Source of the DNA: Lachnospiraceae bacterium
Lineage (GTDB): Bacteria > Bacillota > Clostridia > Lachnospirales > Lachnospiraceae
Direction of reading: 5' to 3'
DNA: 64,000 bases
Assembly: GCA_017523785.1 (NCBI GenBank)
Contig: JAFWVX010000025.1
Coordinates: 9,255-73,254 of the forward strand
Both the position numbers and the translations under genes were made by a program. The notes under the pieces were generated by a model, which was given only the letters and a program-made list of their open reading frames with translations, made no database searches and was not told the DNA's origin. Shown here one piece after another: positions 1 through 9,549 of the stretch (the stretch's first letter is position 1; each line of letters begins with the position of its first letter).

Positions 1-1600
1 ACAAATAAAAAGCATTAAAAATTATTATGAATGTGGCACATATAATAAAAATTATAATTATCTTTTTTTTGACATTCATTCTTGCGATACAGTTTTATTT
101 GGAAAATACGAACAAGATAATAATTTTGAAAATGGAAAAGAAGATATTGAATGGATAATAATAGATGTAAAAGACGGAAAAGTTAAATTACTTAGCAAAT
201 ATATATTGGATAGAATAGCGTTTAAAACAAGCAAAAAAGATAAATTATACGAAGATAGTTATTTTAGATATTGGTTAAATAATATATTTTACAATATTGC
301 GTTTGAAAAAGAAGAAAAGGAAAAAATATTGTACGAAAAATATGATGAAAGAAAAAATATTTATGATTATATTTTGCTATGTGGGGATACAAAAATAAGA
401 GATGAAACATATTATACAAAATATGCCTATCAAAAAAACTTTAATCATTTTAAGGATCTTAATAAATCGGTAACTTATACAAAATCTGATTATTGGCGAA
501 AAGGAATTGATGGAAGTAGTAATGGTGTTAGACCTGCAATATGGATAAAAGTTGATGATATAAAAGATATAAACATTGAAAAAATAATTGAAGACAAGAA
601 AAGTACTATTCCAGATGAATATGAGGATATTATAGTTTATAATGCATCTGATAATTATGAAATACTAAATAGAAAAACAGAAAAGCAAAGGTATAATTTG
701 TGCGAAATTAATAAAGCCAAACTTGTTAGTGAATATGATGAAAAATCAAATGTAGAGCAATATGATACGGTTGTGTTTGGAAGCTATGAGCAAGATAATA
801 ACATTGAAAATGGCAAAGAAGATATAGAGTGGTTAGTGCTTGATAGAAATGAAGATAGAGCACTTTTGATAAGTAAATATATACTTGATGATGCTATTTA
901 CAATATGAGTGAAAATAAGGTAGGCTATATGAGTGAAAAAATAGTAGGTTGGGATCAAGCTGCTGTTCGTTTTTGGTGTAACTCCTATTTTTTGGATGAA
1001 GCATTTGAAAATGACAAGGATATTATTTTAGAGACTTATATAAAAAATTTAACATATCCTATAAAGGAATATTTAGATGGCGGAATGGCAGAAGGTTTTG
1101 AATCTAAAAGACTTAAAGACACAAAAGACAAAGTATTTTTACTTGGTATAGACGAAGCAAGAAAATATTTTGATTATAACACAAATTATCATATTGAAAA
1201 TGTAAAAATCGCAACTACAAAAACGGAATTTGCAAAAAGTAATAATAGCGATGGAGAAGTAAAGGCTGATATATGGAGCTATGGAAATTTTCCGTATATG
1301 TTAAGGACGGTGGGTTACTCGTGGGCCTGGGGTGGAAATGATAGAAATTGGGGAGCCGATATCTATTCTGTATATGGAAATGGATCGATAAATAGTATTG
1401 GATATTATGGAGCAGGTCAGTGGTGGGGAGATGGCGATGTGCCAAATCTTCCAAGACCTATAGATAGTGATTATTATAAAAGAGGTGTACGTCCGATGAT
1501 ATGGGTTGATTTGAAGAATGTTGAAAGATTAAAAAATGTGAAAACATCAAAACCTTATGTGAAAAAATATGAAAAGAACGAATCAAATCTTAAAAATTAG
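1..1600 (+). CDS. DUF6273-like repeat protein, 5' end cut by window edge
   Basis: The frame of the listed 206..1600 ORF stays open back to nt 2, with no stop and no ATG/GTG/TTG before 206, so the gene starts upstream of the window. It has two copies of FG(K/S)YEQDNN.ENGKEDIEW..(I/L)D...LLSKYILD (nt ~91-205 and ~775-890). Each domain ends with GVRP(A/M)IW(I/V). Confidence 0.75.
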   Translation, partial: QIKSIKNYYECGTYNKNYNYLFFDIHSCDTVLFGKYEQDNNFENGKEDIEWIIIDVKDGKVKLLSKYILDRIAFKTSKKDKLYEDSYFRYWLNNIFYNIAFEKEEKEKILYEKYDERKNIYDYILLCGDTKIRDETYYTKYAYQKNFNHFKDLNKSVTYTKSDYWRKGIDGSSNGVRPAIWIKVDDIKDINIEKIIEDKKSTIPDEYEDIIVYNASDNYEILNRKTEKQRYNLCEINKAKLVSEYDEKSNVEQYDTVVFGSYEQDNNIENGKEDIEWLVLDRNEDRALLISKYILDDAIYNMSENKVGYMSEKIVGWDQAAVRFWCNSYFLDEAFENDKDIILETYIKNLTYPIKEYLDGGMAEGFESKRLKDTKDKVFLLGIDEARKYFDYNTNYHIENVKIATTKTEFAKSNNSDGEVKADIWSYGNFPYMLRTVGYSWAWGGNDRNWGADIYSVYGNGSINSIGYYGAGQWWGDGDVPNLPRPIDSDYYKRGVRPMIWVDLKNVERLKNVKTSKPYVKKYEKNESNLKN

Positions 1601-2387
1601 TGTATTAATGTTTTTAACAATATTTACTTGTTCCTGTAATGTAAGTATAGAAAATATAGAAGAAACAACGATAGATATTTCTTCTAAAGTTTACGATACA
1701 AAAAAAGAAGAAACATCAAAAATTAGTCCTCCTAACTACAGTGTAGACAATATATATAATGATTATTATGATGTATTTAAAAATGTAAAATCTATAAGTG
1801 AGTATGAACAAAGTGAGCTAAAAAATATCGATGAGATAGAAACCTTTACATTTGGTAAAGCTGGAGATAATAGTATTGAGTGGTTTATACTTGAAAAGCA
1901 AGTAGATAAAGTTTTACTTATTAGTAAATATATAGTTGATGTTGTGCCATTTAATAATAGGCTAGATATGAAATTGAGTTTAGAAGTTATAAAAGATGAT
2001 GAAGATATTACATGGGATACATCATATATAAAGCATTATTTAGAGAAAGATTTTATAAATAAATTTTTTAATGAAAATGAAAAGAATGTGATTTGTAGAA
2101 ACGAGTTAGGAGAATTTGTAACCTTATTAACAAATAGAGAGTATTTTAATTTTTTTGGCACAAATTTTGATTATTATAAAGCAAAAAATATTTATACAAA
2201 CACCTACCAGCCTTACTGGCTTTATTATATATATCTTACAGAATATCCTGGTTATATAGATGAAAATGGAAGGATAAAAGAAGTTAATGATATTTCAGAT
2301 ACAATGGTAGAAAGAGGGATAAGACCAGTAATATATGTTGATTTAATAAATAGAAAAGAGATTCCAGCATATGAAGACGAACAATAG
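1569..2387 (+). CDS. Lipoprotein with one DUF6273-like domain
   Basis: N-terminal signal peptide with a Cys-containing lipobox-like end (LTIFTCSCN). Carries the motif FGKAGDNSIEWFILEKQVDKVLLISKYIVD and a C-terminal GIRPVIYVDL. Overlaps the previous gene by 32 nt. Confidence 0.75.
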   Translation: MKRTNQILKISVLMFLTIFTCSCNVSIENIEETTIDISSKVYDTKKEETSKISPPNYSVDNIYNDYYDVFKNVKSISEYEQSELKNIDEIETFTFGKAGDNSIEWFILEKQVDKVLLISKYIVDVVPFNNRLDMKLSLEVIKDDEDITWDTSYIKHYLEKDFINKFFNENEKNVICRNELGEFVTLLTNREYFNFFGTNFDYYKAKNIYTNTYQPYWLYYIYLTEYPGYIDENGRIKEVNDISDTMVERGIRPVIYVDLINRKEIPAYEDEQ

Positions 2388-2433
2388 AGTGGTGACTCGG
2401 TGCTACTGGTATATCTTAAGAAGTAAAAAAATT

Positions 2434-2610
2434 ATGAAGAGAAATGATTTAGATTCTATCGGCTACAAAGGCTATAGAAGTTGTGCCCGAAAGAAAAGGT
2501 ATAAAACTGAAAAAGAAGTTATGGCGAAGGCAAAGGAATATAGAATGCAATATTATTTTTGTGACATTTGCAAAGGCTATCATTTGACAAGTCAGAATGT
2601 TAAAAAGTAG
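2434..2610 (+). CDS. Small basic CxxC protein, unknown function
   Basis: ATG at 2434 (MKRNDLDS...) inside the listed 2371..2610 ORF. Contains a C-x2-C motif (YFCDICKGYHLTS). The SD is weak. Confidence 0.4.
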   Translation: MKRNDLDSIGYKGYRSCARKKRYKTEKEVMAKAKEYRMQYYFCDICKGYHLTSQNVKK

Positions 2611-2702
2611 TAAAAGAGATTTCGATTTTAACAAAATGTTTTTATTGATTTTATTTTTCAAAGTGCTATAATTTATGAAGATATAAGTTTTTGGAGGCAT
2701 AT

Positions 2703-2885
2703 ATGAAAAATATCAATTCTGTTAAAAATATTGCTATTTTGCTTGATTTTGCAGTATCTATTATTGCTTCAGCAATACAAAAAACAAATCCAAACCTCTC
2801 TGGAATGTTATTTGGATTATCTGCAGTAATTTTACTAGTTGCAGTTATCTGCGTAATAGTTGAATTAGTTAAAAAGAAAAAGTAA
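2703..2885 (+). CDS. Small two-helix membrane protein
   Basis: GGAGG at 2693-2697 lies 5 nt before the ATG at 2703. The 60-aa product has two hydrophobic stretches. Confidence 0.5.
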   Translation: MKNINSVKNIAILLDFAVSIIASAIQKTNPNLSGMLFGLSAVILLVAVICVIVELVKKKK

Positions 2886-2913
2886 ATACATCTGAGAACA
2901 AGGAGTAAGAAAC

Positions 2914-3156
2914 ATGAGTAAAAAAGTTGCTAAGAAAAAAACCACTACTAAGACTGTAAAGAAAAAAGCAGCAAAAACAGCTAAGGCTAAGAAAAAGGCA
3001 ATAAAGGCTAATAAACCTGTTAAAAGAACAGAGAAAAAGGTTTCTAAAAAAGTAAAGGCAAACTCAAAGAAACCTTCTACAAAGCCTAAAAAGTCTGGTG
3101 CAAAAGAGAAAAAAGAGGTTCCAGCACCAAACCCATCAAAGTGGTTCTTTTTCTAA
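2914..3156 (+). CDS. Lys/Ala-rich highly basic protein (histone H1-like composition)
   Basis: AAGGAG lies 7 nt upstream of the ATG. The 80-aa product is dominated by K/A/T and ends in PSKWFFF. A hairpin plus T-run follows the stop. Confidence 0.6.
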   Translation: MSKKVAKKKTTTKTVKKKAAKTAKAKKKAIKANKPVKRTEKKVSKKVKANSKKPSTKPKKSGAKEKKEVPAPNPSKWFFF

Positions 3157-3256
3157 ATATAAAAAAGCAAGGCGAAAACCTTGTTTTTTTATTTATAAAA
3201 TATTTTATTTTTTTAATAAATGTGGTATATTATTAAGATATAGAATGTGAGGTTTT

Positions 3257-3733
3257 ATGGAAAAAGTCATTTTGAAAATTTTTTTAGCATCAATTTGTGG
3301 CGGTGCTATTGGACTTGAAAGAGAAAGTAAAAATCGAAATGTCGGAATCAGAACTTATATGACAGTGTGTCTCAGCACGGCTGTAGTTATGATTATCGCA
3401 ACGCAGTGTTATAACGATACTCATAGCGGCGACATTACCCGTATGGCTTCTGCGTCTTTGCAAGGCATAGGTTTTCTTGGTGCCGGGCTAATCATCCAAA
3501 AAGATGACAACCTTAAAGGCATAACTACTGCTGCCATCTTGTGGGGAACAGCAATTATTGGTCTTGCCATAGGATACGGTCTTTATTTTGTCGGAATCGC
3601 TTCTACTATTGCGATGATAGTTATTGGAAATATTTTAATCAAGCGTAAATATTTTGAGGGCAATAAAAATAATCCTAAACTTAAGAATGAAAACAGCAAT
3701 AAAGATCAAGTAAAACAGAAAATACAGAAATAA
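3257..3733 (+). CDS. MgtC/SapB family membrane protein
   Basis: N-terminal signature GGAIGLERE...VGIRTYMTV and a four to five TM profile typical of the MgtC family. Confidence 0.85.
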   Translation: MEKVILKIFLASICGGAIGLERESKNRNVGIRTYMTVCLSTAVVMIIATQCYNDTHSGDITRMASASLQGIGFLGAGLIIQKDDNLKGITTAAILWGTAIIGLAIGYGLYFVGIASTIAMIVIGNILIKRKYFEGNKNNPKLKNENSNKDQVKQKIQK

Positions 3734-3740
3734 TTTTGAA

Positions 3741-3766
3741 ACGCGTTTTTATAAACGCGTATTTTT
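3741..3766 (+). terminator. Hairpin (ACGCGT / ACGCGT) plus T-run after the mgtC-like gene
   Basis: ACGCGT at 3741-3746 pairs with ACGCGT at 3755-3760. ATTTTT follows and abuts the rsmG ATG. Confidence 0.5.
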
Positions 3767-4504
3767 ATGGAACATAGCGAGTTTAAAAATTTAATTAGTG
3801 ACAAGTTTAAATCTATTATTGGTTATGAACTTAATGATAGCCAGATAGAAATGTTTTTTGATTACATGAATTTATTAATCGAAAAAAATAAAGTTATGAA
3901 CTTGACAGCAATCACAGAGCCAGAGGAAATAGTCATTAGACATTTTGTTGACTCTTCTATTTTGGTTAAGATTTATGGTAAAGACATTTTTGATGAAAAG
4001 AAGGTTGTGGATGTTGGAACAGGGGCAGGCTTTCCTGGACTTCCTTTGGCAATCATTTGTCCAAATGGAAGATTTGTTTTAACAGATACTTTAGGTAAAA
4101 GGATAAACTTCTTAAAAGAAGTTCTTGATGCAACAAAGCTATCCAATGTTGAGCTCATAAAAGCTAGGGCCGAGGATTTTGCCCATGATAAGATGTATAG
4201 AGAGAGTTTTGACTACTCTCTGTCAAGGGGAGTTGCAAAGATTTCGGTTTTATCCGAATACTCTCTCCCACTCTTAAAGGTTGGAGGAAAGATGTTGGCC
4301 TACAAGATGGATGACTGTGATTCGGAACTCAAAGAGGGAGAAAAAGCAATTGACATTCTCGGTGGAAAGTTTCACGTGAAACATTCATATGACTTAATTC
4401 CAGATGAGCCAAAAAGATGTATTTTGGAAATTGAAAAGGTTAAACACACTCCAAGCAAGTACCCAAGAAAAGCTGGAACACCATCTAAGGAACCATTGCA
4501 GTAA
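3767..4504 (+). CDS. rsmG: 16S rRNA (guanine527-N7)-methyltransferase RsmG (GidB)
   Basis: Motifs NLTAI, RHFVDS and VVDVGTGAGFPGLPLAI, and a position directly upstream of parAB. Confidence 0.9.
   Translation: MEHSEFKNLISDKFKSIIGYELNDSQIEMFFDYMNLLIEKNKVMNLTAITEPEEIVIRHFVDSSILVKIYGKDIFDEKKVVDVGTGAGFPGLPLAIICPNGRFVLTDTLGKRINFLKEVLDATKLSNVELIKARAEDFAHDKMYRESFDYSLSRGVAKISVLSEYSLPLLKVGGKMLAYKMDDCDSELKEGEKAIDILGGKFHVKHSYDLIPDEPKRCILEIEKVKHTPSKYPRKAGTPSKEPLQ
4368..4383. promoter_or_regulatory. parS-like site inside the rsmG 3' region
   Basis: AGTTTCACGTGAAACA. The 14-nt core GTTTCACGTGAAAC is a perfect palindrome and matches the parS core. Confidence 0.6.
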
Positions 4505-4601
4505 ACCTAACAAACAAGCAACAAAATTATAACAAAATGTTAAAAGTAGCCCCAAAGGGGCTATTTTTATATACGCATATGCAAAAATCGGCAAAAACTA
4601 T

Positions 4602-4617
4602 TGTTTCACGTGAAACA
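4602..4617. promoter_or_regulatory. Canonical parS centromere site
   Basis: TGTTTCACGTGAAACA is a perfect 16-nt palindrome matching the Firmicutes parS consensus TGTTNCACGTGAAACA. It sits just upstream of the parA promoter. Confidence 0.85.
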
Positions 4618-4623
4618 TTTTGC

Positions 4624-4652
4624 TTGACAATCTCGCACTAAAGATATATAAT
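4624..4652 (+). promoter_or_regulatory. Consensus sigma-A promoter of parAB
   Basis: TTGACA (4624-4629), 17-nt spacer, TATAAT (4647-4652). AAGAGG SD precedes the ATG at 4684. Confidence 0.7.
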
Positions 4653-4683
4653 CAACAAGACAAAAAATTAAAGAGGTATAACT

Positions 4684-5451
4684 ATGTCAAAAGTAATTGC
4701 AATAACAAATCAAAAAGGTGGAGTTGGAAAGACAACCTCTGCCATAAATCTTTCTGCAGCACTTGCAGAAGCAAACCAAAAAATTTTGCTTGTGGACTTT
4801 GACCCACAGATAAATGCAACGGCTGGAGTTGGTGTTGAATTGGGTGATGACGATAAAACCATTTATGATGCCATCCATGATAAAACAAAAACCAAAGACA
4901 TCATCATTAATGATGTAATTCAAAATATGGATTTGCTTCCGGGAGCAATCGAATTGTCAGGTCTCGAAACAGAATTGCTTAACAAACCAAACAGAGAATC
5001 TGAGCTTAAGAAAGTCATTGAGCAAGTTAAAGAGGACTATGATTATGTGATTATTGACTGCCCTCCCGCTGTTGGAATACTAACCGTAAACGCGTTAGTT
5101 GCTTCAGACGCGTGTATAATTCCTGTTCAATGTGAGTATTTTTCACTCGAAGGACTTAACCAAGTGTTAAATGCAATCGAACTTGTCAGAAGCAACATGA
5201 ACCCAAGTTTAAAAATTGAAGGTCTTCTCTTCACTATGTATGATGCAAGAACAAGACTTGGTCAAGATGTTGTTTCAGTTGTAAAAAATAATATGAAGGT
5301 AAAAGTTTTTGAAACAATGATTCCAAGAAACATTCGTCTTGCAGAGGCACCAAGTAATGGCAAAAGCATTTTAGAATATGACAGCGCTTCTGTCGGTGCA
5401 GATAGATATAGAAAATTAGCAAGTGAAATTTTGAGAAATAGCGAGGTCTAG
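4684..5451 (+). CDS. parA: ParA/Soj chromosome partitioning ATPase
   Basis: Deviant Walker A NQKGGVGKTT and typical ParA length. Confidence 0.9.
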   Translation: MSKVIAITNQKGGVGKTTSAINLSAALAEANQKILLVDFDPQINATAGVGVELGDDDKTIYDAIHDKTKTKDIIINDVIQNMDLLPGAIELSGLETELLNKPNRESELKKVIEQVKEDYDYVIIDCPPAVGILTVNALVASDACIIPVQCEYFSLEGLNQVLNAIELVRSNMNPSLKIEGLLFTMYDARTRLGQDVVSVVKNNMKVKVFETMIPRNIRLAEAPSNGKSILEYDSASVGADRYRKLASEILRNSEV

Positions 5452-5452
5452 T

Positions 5453-6493
5453 ATGGCAAATGTAAAAAGAGGTTTAGGAAAATCTTTTGGACAAATATTC
5501 GGCGAGGACAAAGTGCAAAATGAAAATGTTGCTGTCACAGAGCCAGAGGTTCAAGTTGTCGAAAAGGTTGTTGAAAAAATAGTTGAGGTTCCGGTTGAGA
5601 AAGTTGTTGAAAAAGTTGTAGAGGTTCCTGTAGAAAAAGTGGTGGAGAAAATCGTTGAAGTTCCATCTGGTAAAAACCAAACAGGAGAGCCACTTCAAGT
5701 CAACATCAACTTTGTGCAACCAAACCCAAATCAGCCAAGAAAGAATTTTGATGAGGAAAGGCTGAACGAACTTGCCGAGTCAATCAAAAATTATGGTGTG
5801 ATAGAGCCAATTGTTGTAAGAAAAGTTGGACCTGTTCACTATGAAGTAATTGCCGGTGAAAGAAGACTTCGTGCATCAAAGATTGCGGGACTCTCTCAGG
5901 TTCCGGTAATCGTAAAAGAATACACAGATGATGAAAGAAAGGTAATAACCCTTCTTGAAAACGTTCAAAGAGAGGACTTAAATTCAGTAGAAAAAGCGCT
6001 CGGCTATAAGGCACTTATCGATGAGTTTAATTTGACTCAGGATGAGGTCGCTGAAAAGGTTGGAAAAAGCCGTTCAGCAATCACTAATACCTTAAGAATT
6101 TTATCTCTTGATGAGAAACTTCTTGAAATGATTAAGGAAGGGGTTTTGAGCGAAGGCCACGCAAGAGCCCTTCTTAGCATTGAAAATGAAGAAATCAGAG
6201 ATAAGATTGTTAAAGAGGTAGTTGAAAAAAAGCTTAGTGTTAGAAAAATTGAGGATATGGTTCGCCTTGAGAAACTTGCTAGAGATAGGAAGGAAAAAGA
6301 GGAAGCCTTAAACACAGAGAGTTTCAAGCGCTTAAAAATTCAGTTAAAAGACATAGAAAAACAAATGAGAGCTAGGCTAAATGCAGCACTCAAAATTCTT
6401 CCAAAAAATGAAAGCGCTGGTACTATCGAAATCAAATATACTACTCAAGAAGAACTCGACAGAATTTATTTACTTATTAATTCTATAAGATAA
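5453..6493 (+). CDS. parB: ParB/Spo0J with repeat-expanded N-terminal linker
   Basis: ParB box GERRLRA, an HTH segment (LTQDEVAEKVGKSRSAITNTLR), and a start 2 nt after the parA stop. Confidence 0.9.
   Translation: MANVKRGLGKSFGQIFGEDKVQNENVAVTEPEVQVVEKVVEKIVEVPVEKVVEKVVEVPVEKVVEKIVEVPSGKNQTGEPLQVNINFVQPNPNQPRKNFDEERLNELAESIKNYGVIEPIVVRKVGPVHYEVIAGERRLRASKIAGLSQVPVIVKEYTDDERKVITLLENVQREDLNSVEKALGYKALIDEFNLTQDEVAEKVGKSRSAITNTLRILSLDEKLLEMIKEGVLSEGHARALLSIENEEIRDKIVKEVVEKKLSVRKIEDMVRLEKLARDRKEKEEALNTESFKRLKIQLKDIEKQMRARLNAALKILPKNESAGTIEIKYTTQEELDRIYLLINSIR
5558..5665 (+). repeat. 3 x 36-bp in-frame tandem repeat in parB
   Basis: Encodes VEKVVEK(I/V)VEVP three times (aa 36-71). Confidence 0.85.
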
Positions 6494-6509
6494 TAAAAGG
6501 GAGCGACAA

Positions 6510-7016
6510 ATGATATTATTTGACAACCCAATATTATTTATAATAATTGTGATCCTTGTTGCTATGTCAGCTGCAGCAATTATATTTGCAATTATTGCAT
6601 TTGGAAAATATAGTGAATTAAATAAAAGATATGAAATGTTCATGACTGGTAAAGATGCAGAAAGTCTTGAAGAGTATTTTCTTGACTTGCAACAGGACAT
6701 AGACCATCTTATAGAAGATAACAACAAGAATAAAGACAGCATAAGAAAATTAAACCGTATTACAAAAAGAACCTTCCAAAAGGTTGGCTTCTATAAATAT
6801 GATGCATTTGAAGAAAAAACTGGAAAGAGATCATTTGCTCTCGCGCTTCTTGATTTTACAAATACAGGATTTGTGGTAACCTGTCAATCTCATGGAGATG
6901 GAACAATTATATTTATTAAGGATGTAGAAGTTGGAACAACGAGCACTAAACTTGGACCTGAAGAGGAAAAAGCTCTCGAGATAGCTATGGGTCAAAGAGA
7001 TAAGTATGAAGATTAG
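6510..7016 (+). CDS. DUF4446 family protein
   Basis: N-terminal TM helix and the C-terminal motif QKVGFYKYDAFEE..GKRSFALALLD. It has the usual position after parB in Clostridia-type genomes. Confidence 0.8.
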   Translation: MILFDNPILFIIIVILVAMSAAAIIFAIIAFGKYSELNKRYEMFMTGKDAESLEEYFLDLQQDIDHLIEDNNKNKDSIRKLNRITKRTFQKVGFYKYDAFEEKTGKRSFALALLDFTNTGFVVTCQSHGDGTIIFIKDVEVGTTSTKLGPEEEKALEIAMGQRDKYED

Positions 7017-9522
7017 AAACATTTTACCAATAAATAGCAGAAAGAAAAAGCGGCCAATAAACCCAGTAATATTGGGCATTTTAGCGTTTTTAATTGCAGC
7101 AGTCGCTTTCAACATATATACATATAATAGACTTAGACCAAAAGAACTCTATTATATGGACACGCTCGATGCGACATTTCCGATAATCTACCAGGTGAGA
7201 AACAATAGAAAGATTAACGAGATGAGGGGCTTCGTGGACGAACGATATAATCTTGTATCAAATGATACGATAACGATGCTTGAGGCTGAGCGTAAACTTG
7301 AATTATTAATTAACAACAACCACAATATTATTAACTCACTCGAATACGAAGTTAGAGACAGGACAAGTAATAGTTTGCTAGAGAGAACTAAGATTGAAAT
7401 TTCTGAAGAGAACCGTGATAAGGAAAATGACGAGACAAAGGTAGTGCTCAACATTCAAAACTTGATAAAGCAAAATACTTCTTACCTGCTCACGATCAAA
7501 ATTAATATTAATAGAAGAAGTGCATACTACTTTACAAATATAATATATAGACCAAGAAACAAACTGGACGATGCAATAGCTCAGACCGAGTGGTTTACGG
7601 AGTTGACATTTGACCCAGTGACAGCCGGTGATTACGAAAAAGGTATCGTCAAATATCTCGAAACGAGTATCAACCGAGATATGAGGGAAATGCATACGAT
7701 CACATTGCAGCAGAGTTTTGAGCAGTTGACATTTGCAGACACAAAGATGAAAAGGGCGAGCGACTACTACTTTAGCATTTATCAGGCGCAGGAATACAGC
7801 TACACGATAGCGATAAACTACCTTACGAAAAGTGGAAAAGACTCTAAAAATGAGTATTTCATAAACCGTGATGAATATGTGCTAAGATGGGACGGAAAAA
7901 GATGGTATTTTATGAAGTTTACGAGGAGTACTGAAGAGCTTGTAAATCTTGAGGATAACCCGTTTAACGAGACAAATGACCGCTTTTATACTGGTGTCAC
8001 AAATCCTAATAATATAGTAAAAATCGAGTCAGAGAATAAAAAGTTTTTCGCCTTCTGCAAAGAGCGAGAAATTTATAGATATGATGTCGATACAAAAACT
8101 ATGACGAACATTTTCTCTTATCATATCCAGAGCAAAGAGACATTTGCAAATGTTGCGAAAGATTTCGCGATAAAACTTATGGATGTAAATGACAATGGCG
8201 ATGTGACTTATATTGTTTACGGCTACAACATGACGGGTCTCAATGAAGGTAACATGGGTATCGGCGTTTTCACATATCACTCTGAGACAAACGAGTCGGA
8301 GGAAAACATTTTTATTCCGATTTACACTACTTACCAAAGTTTGAAATATGATATTGAGAGACTCTGTGTTTATAAAAACAATCGACTGATTTTTAAGAGT
8401 TACAACAAAGTTTATTCTATAGATATTAACACAGCAGAAATCTTGACACTCGCTGACGGATTTGAAGAGACAAAGTTTGCCGCAAGTTCAAATAGTAGAT
8501 ATTTCGCATTTAACAACGACAAGGAAGATGTTTCAAAACACATAAACATTTACAACATCGAAGACGGTAGGGTAATCACAATTGATGCAAATGAAGGCGA
8601 AAACATCGAGGTTGTGACATTTATGAATGATGACCTCTTCTACGGAGTCTTCAGTGACGAAAATGTCTGGCGAGAAATCAACAAGGTGATAGGACGTCCG
8701 AGCCACGAGATACGAGTTATAAATGCGGTGACTGGAAAAGAGGATTTATTTAAGGAGAAAGACCGCTATCTCTACAATTTCGTTAATCAGCAAAATGTCC
8801 TTCGATATAACAAATATAAAAGAGAGGGAACGCACTACACCTATCTTACAAATGACGTTATAGTTAATAACTACTCTGCGGAAAATACAAATGTTTTCAA
8901 TTACCGAGAAGAACTGACGAAAGAAAAACTTAGGGTTGGATATTTTGAAATTCCGATGGAGAAAAACGATAAGCTTAGATATTCAAAGAGTGCGGGTGTT
9001 TCACGTAAGCAGGTTGAGGAGACCGCACTTGAATCTACCAATGAGCACGAGGAAACGCTCTACTATGTGTATGACAGCGGAAATTTAAAGGCGAAACTTA
9101 AGAACCTTTCAGATGGTATCAACGAAATCAGAGACAACTACGGTTACGTGAAACTTAATGATAGAATCACTTGCTACAACAGGGCGAACAAGGGAAATGT
9201 CTCGTACTTAAGACAGGCTGATAGCATACTTGAAAACCTTGAGGGTTTCGAGGAAAATGTCTATATAAAAAATAACGAAATACTTGTGATGAATGTTACA
9301 GGTGTTACTGAGAGAGATCTTGAATACTATATGAGCTTGAATGAGAAAATTGCGGTGTATAAACATGATACATTCCAGTTTTTTATAACGGGTTACGATA
9401 ATAATAACTATGTGCTAGAGTACGCAAATAAGGAAAGAATTTTGACACCGAGGGATGAGGTGCATGAGGCGGTGGTATTTGGGGGGTATGTGCTATTTGC
9501 GCAGCTTGAGAGCCTTGAATAA
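7006..9522 (+). CDS. Membrane-anchored 838-aa protein, unknown function
   Basis: Long ORF overlapping the DUF4446 stop by 11 nt. It has one N-terminal TM helix (ILGILAFLIAAVAFNIY). No motif was recognised. Confidence 0.7.
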   Translation: MKIRNILPINSRKKKRPINPVILGILAFLIAAVAFNIYTYNRLRPKELYYMDTLDATFPIIYQVRNNRKINEMRGFVDERYNLVSNDTITMLEAERKLELLINNNHNIINSLEYEVRDRTSNSLLERTKIEISEENRDKENDETKVVLNIQNLIKQNTSYLLTIKININRRSAYYFTNIIYRPRNKLDDAIAQTEWFTELTFDPVTAGDYEKGIVKYLETSINRDMREMHTITLQQSFEQLTFADTKMKRASDYYFSIYQAQEYSYTIAINYLTKSGKDSKNEYFINRDEYVLRWDGKRWYFMKFTRSTEELVNLEDNPFNETNDRFYTGVTNPNNIVKIESENKKFFAFCKEREIYRYDVDTKTMTNIFSYHIQSKETFANVAKDFAIKLMDVNDNGDVTYIVYGYNMTGLNEGNMGIGVFTYHSETNESEENIFIPIYTTYQSLKYDIERLCVYKNNRLIFKSYNKVYSIDINTAEILTLADGFEETKFAASSNSRYFAFNNDKEDVSKHINIYNIEDGRVITIDANEGENIEVVTFMNDDLFYGVFSDENVWREINKVIGRPSHEIRVINAVTGKEDLFKEKDRYLYNFVNQQNVLRYNKYKREGTHYTYLTNDVIVNNYSAENTNVFNYREELTKEKLRVGYFEIPMEKNDKLRYSKSAGVSRKQVEETALESTNEHEETLYYVYDSGNLKAKLKNLSDGINEIRDNYGYVKLNDRITCYNRANKGNVSYLRQADSILENLEGFEENVYIKNNEILVMNVTGVTERDLEYYMSLNEKIAVYKHDTFQFFITGYDNNNYVLEYANKERILTPRDEVHEAVVFGGYVLFAQLESLE

Positions 9523-9549
9523 TAACAATATATTAAATAAATTAAAAAT

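Noticed and set aside
3157-3256. Possible Mg2+ (M-box) riboswitch upstream of the MgtC-like gene
   Set aside because: The intergenic region is only about 100 nt. It consists of a terminator plus an extended -10 promoter, which is too short, and it lacks M-box conserved segments.
4620-4802. Listed 60-aa ORF overlapping the parA promoter and 5' end
   Set aside because: It starts inside the promoter at a non-ATG codon, overlaps the strongly supported parA frame, and has no SD.
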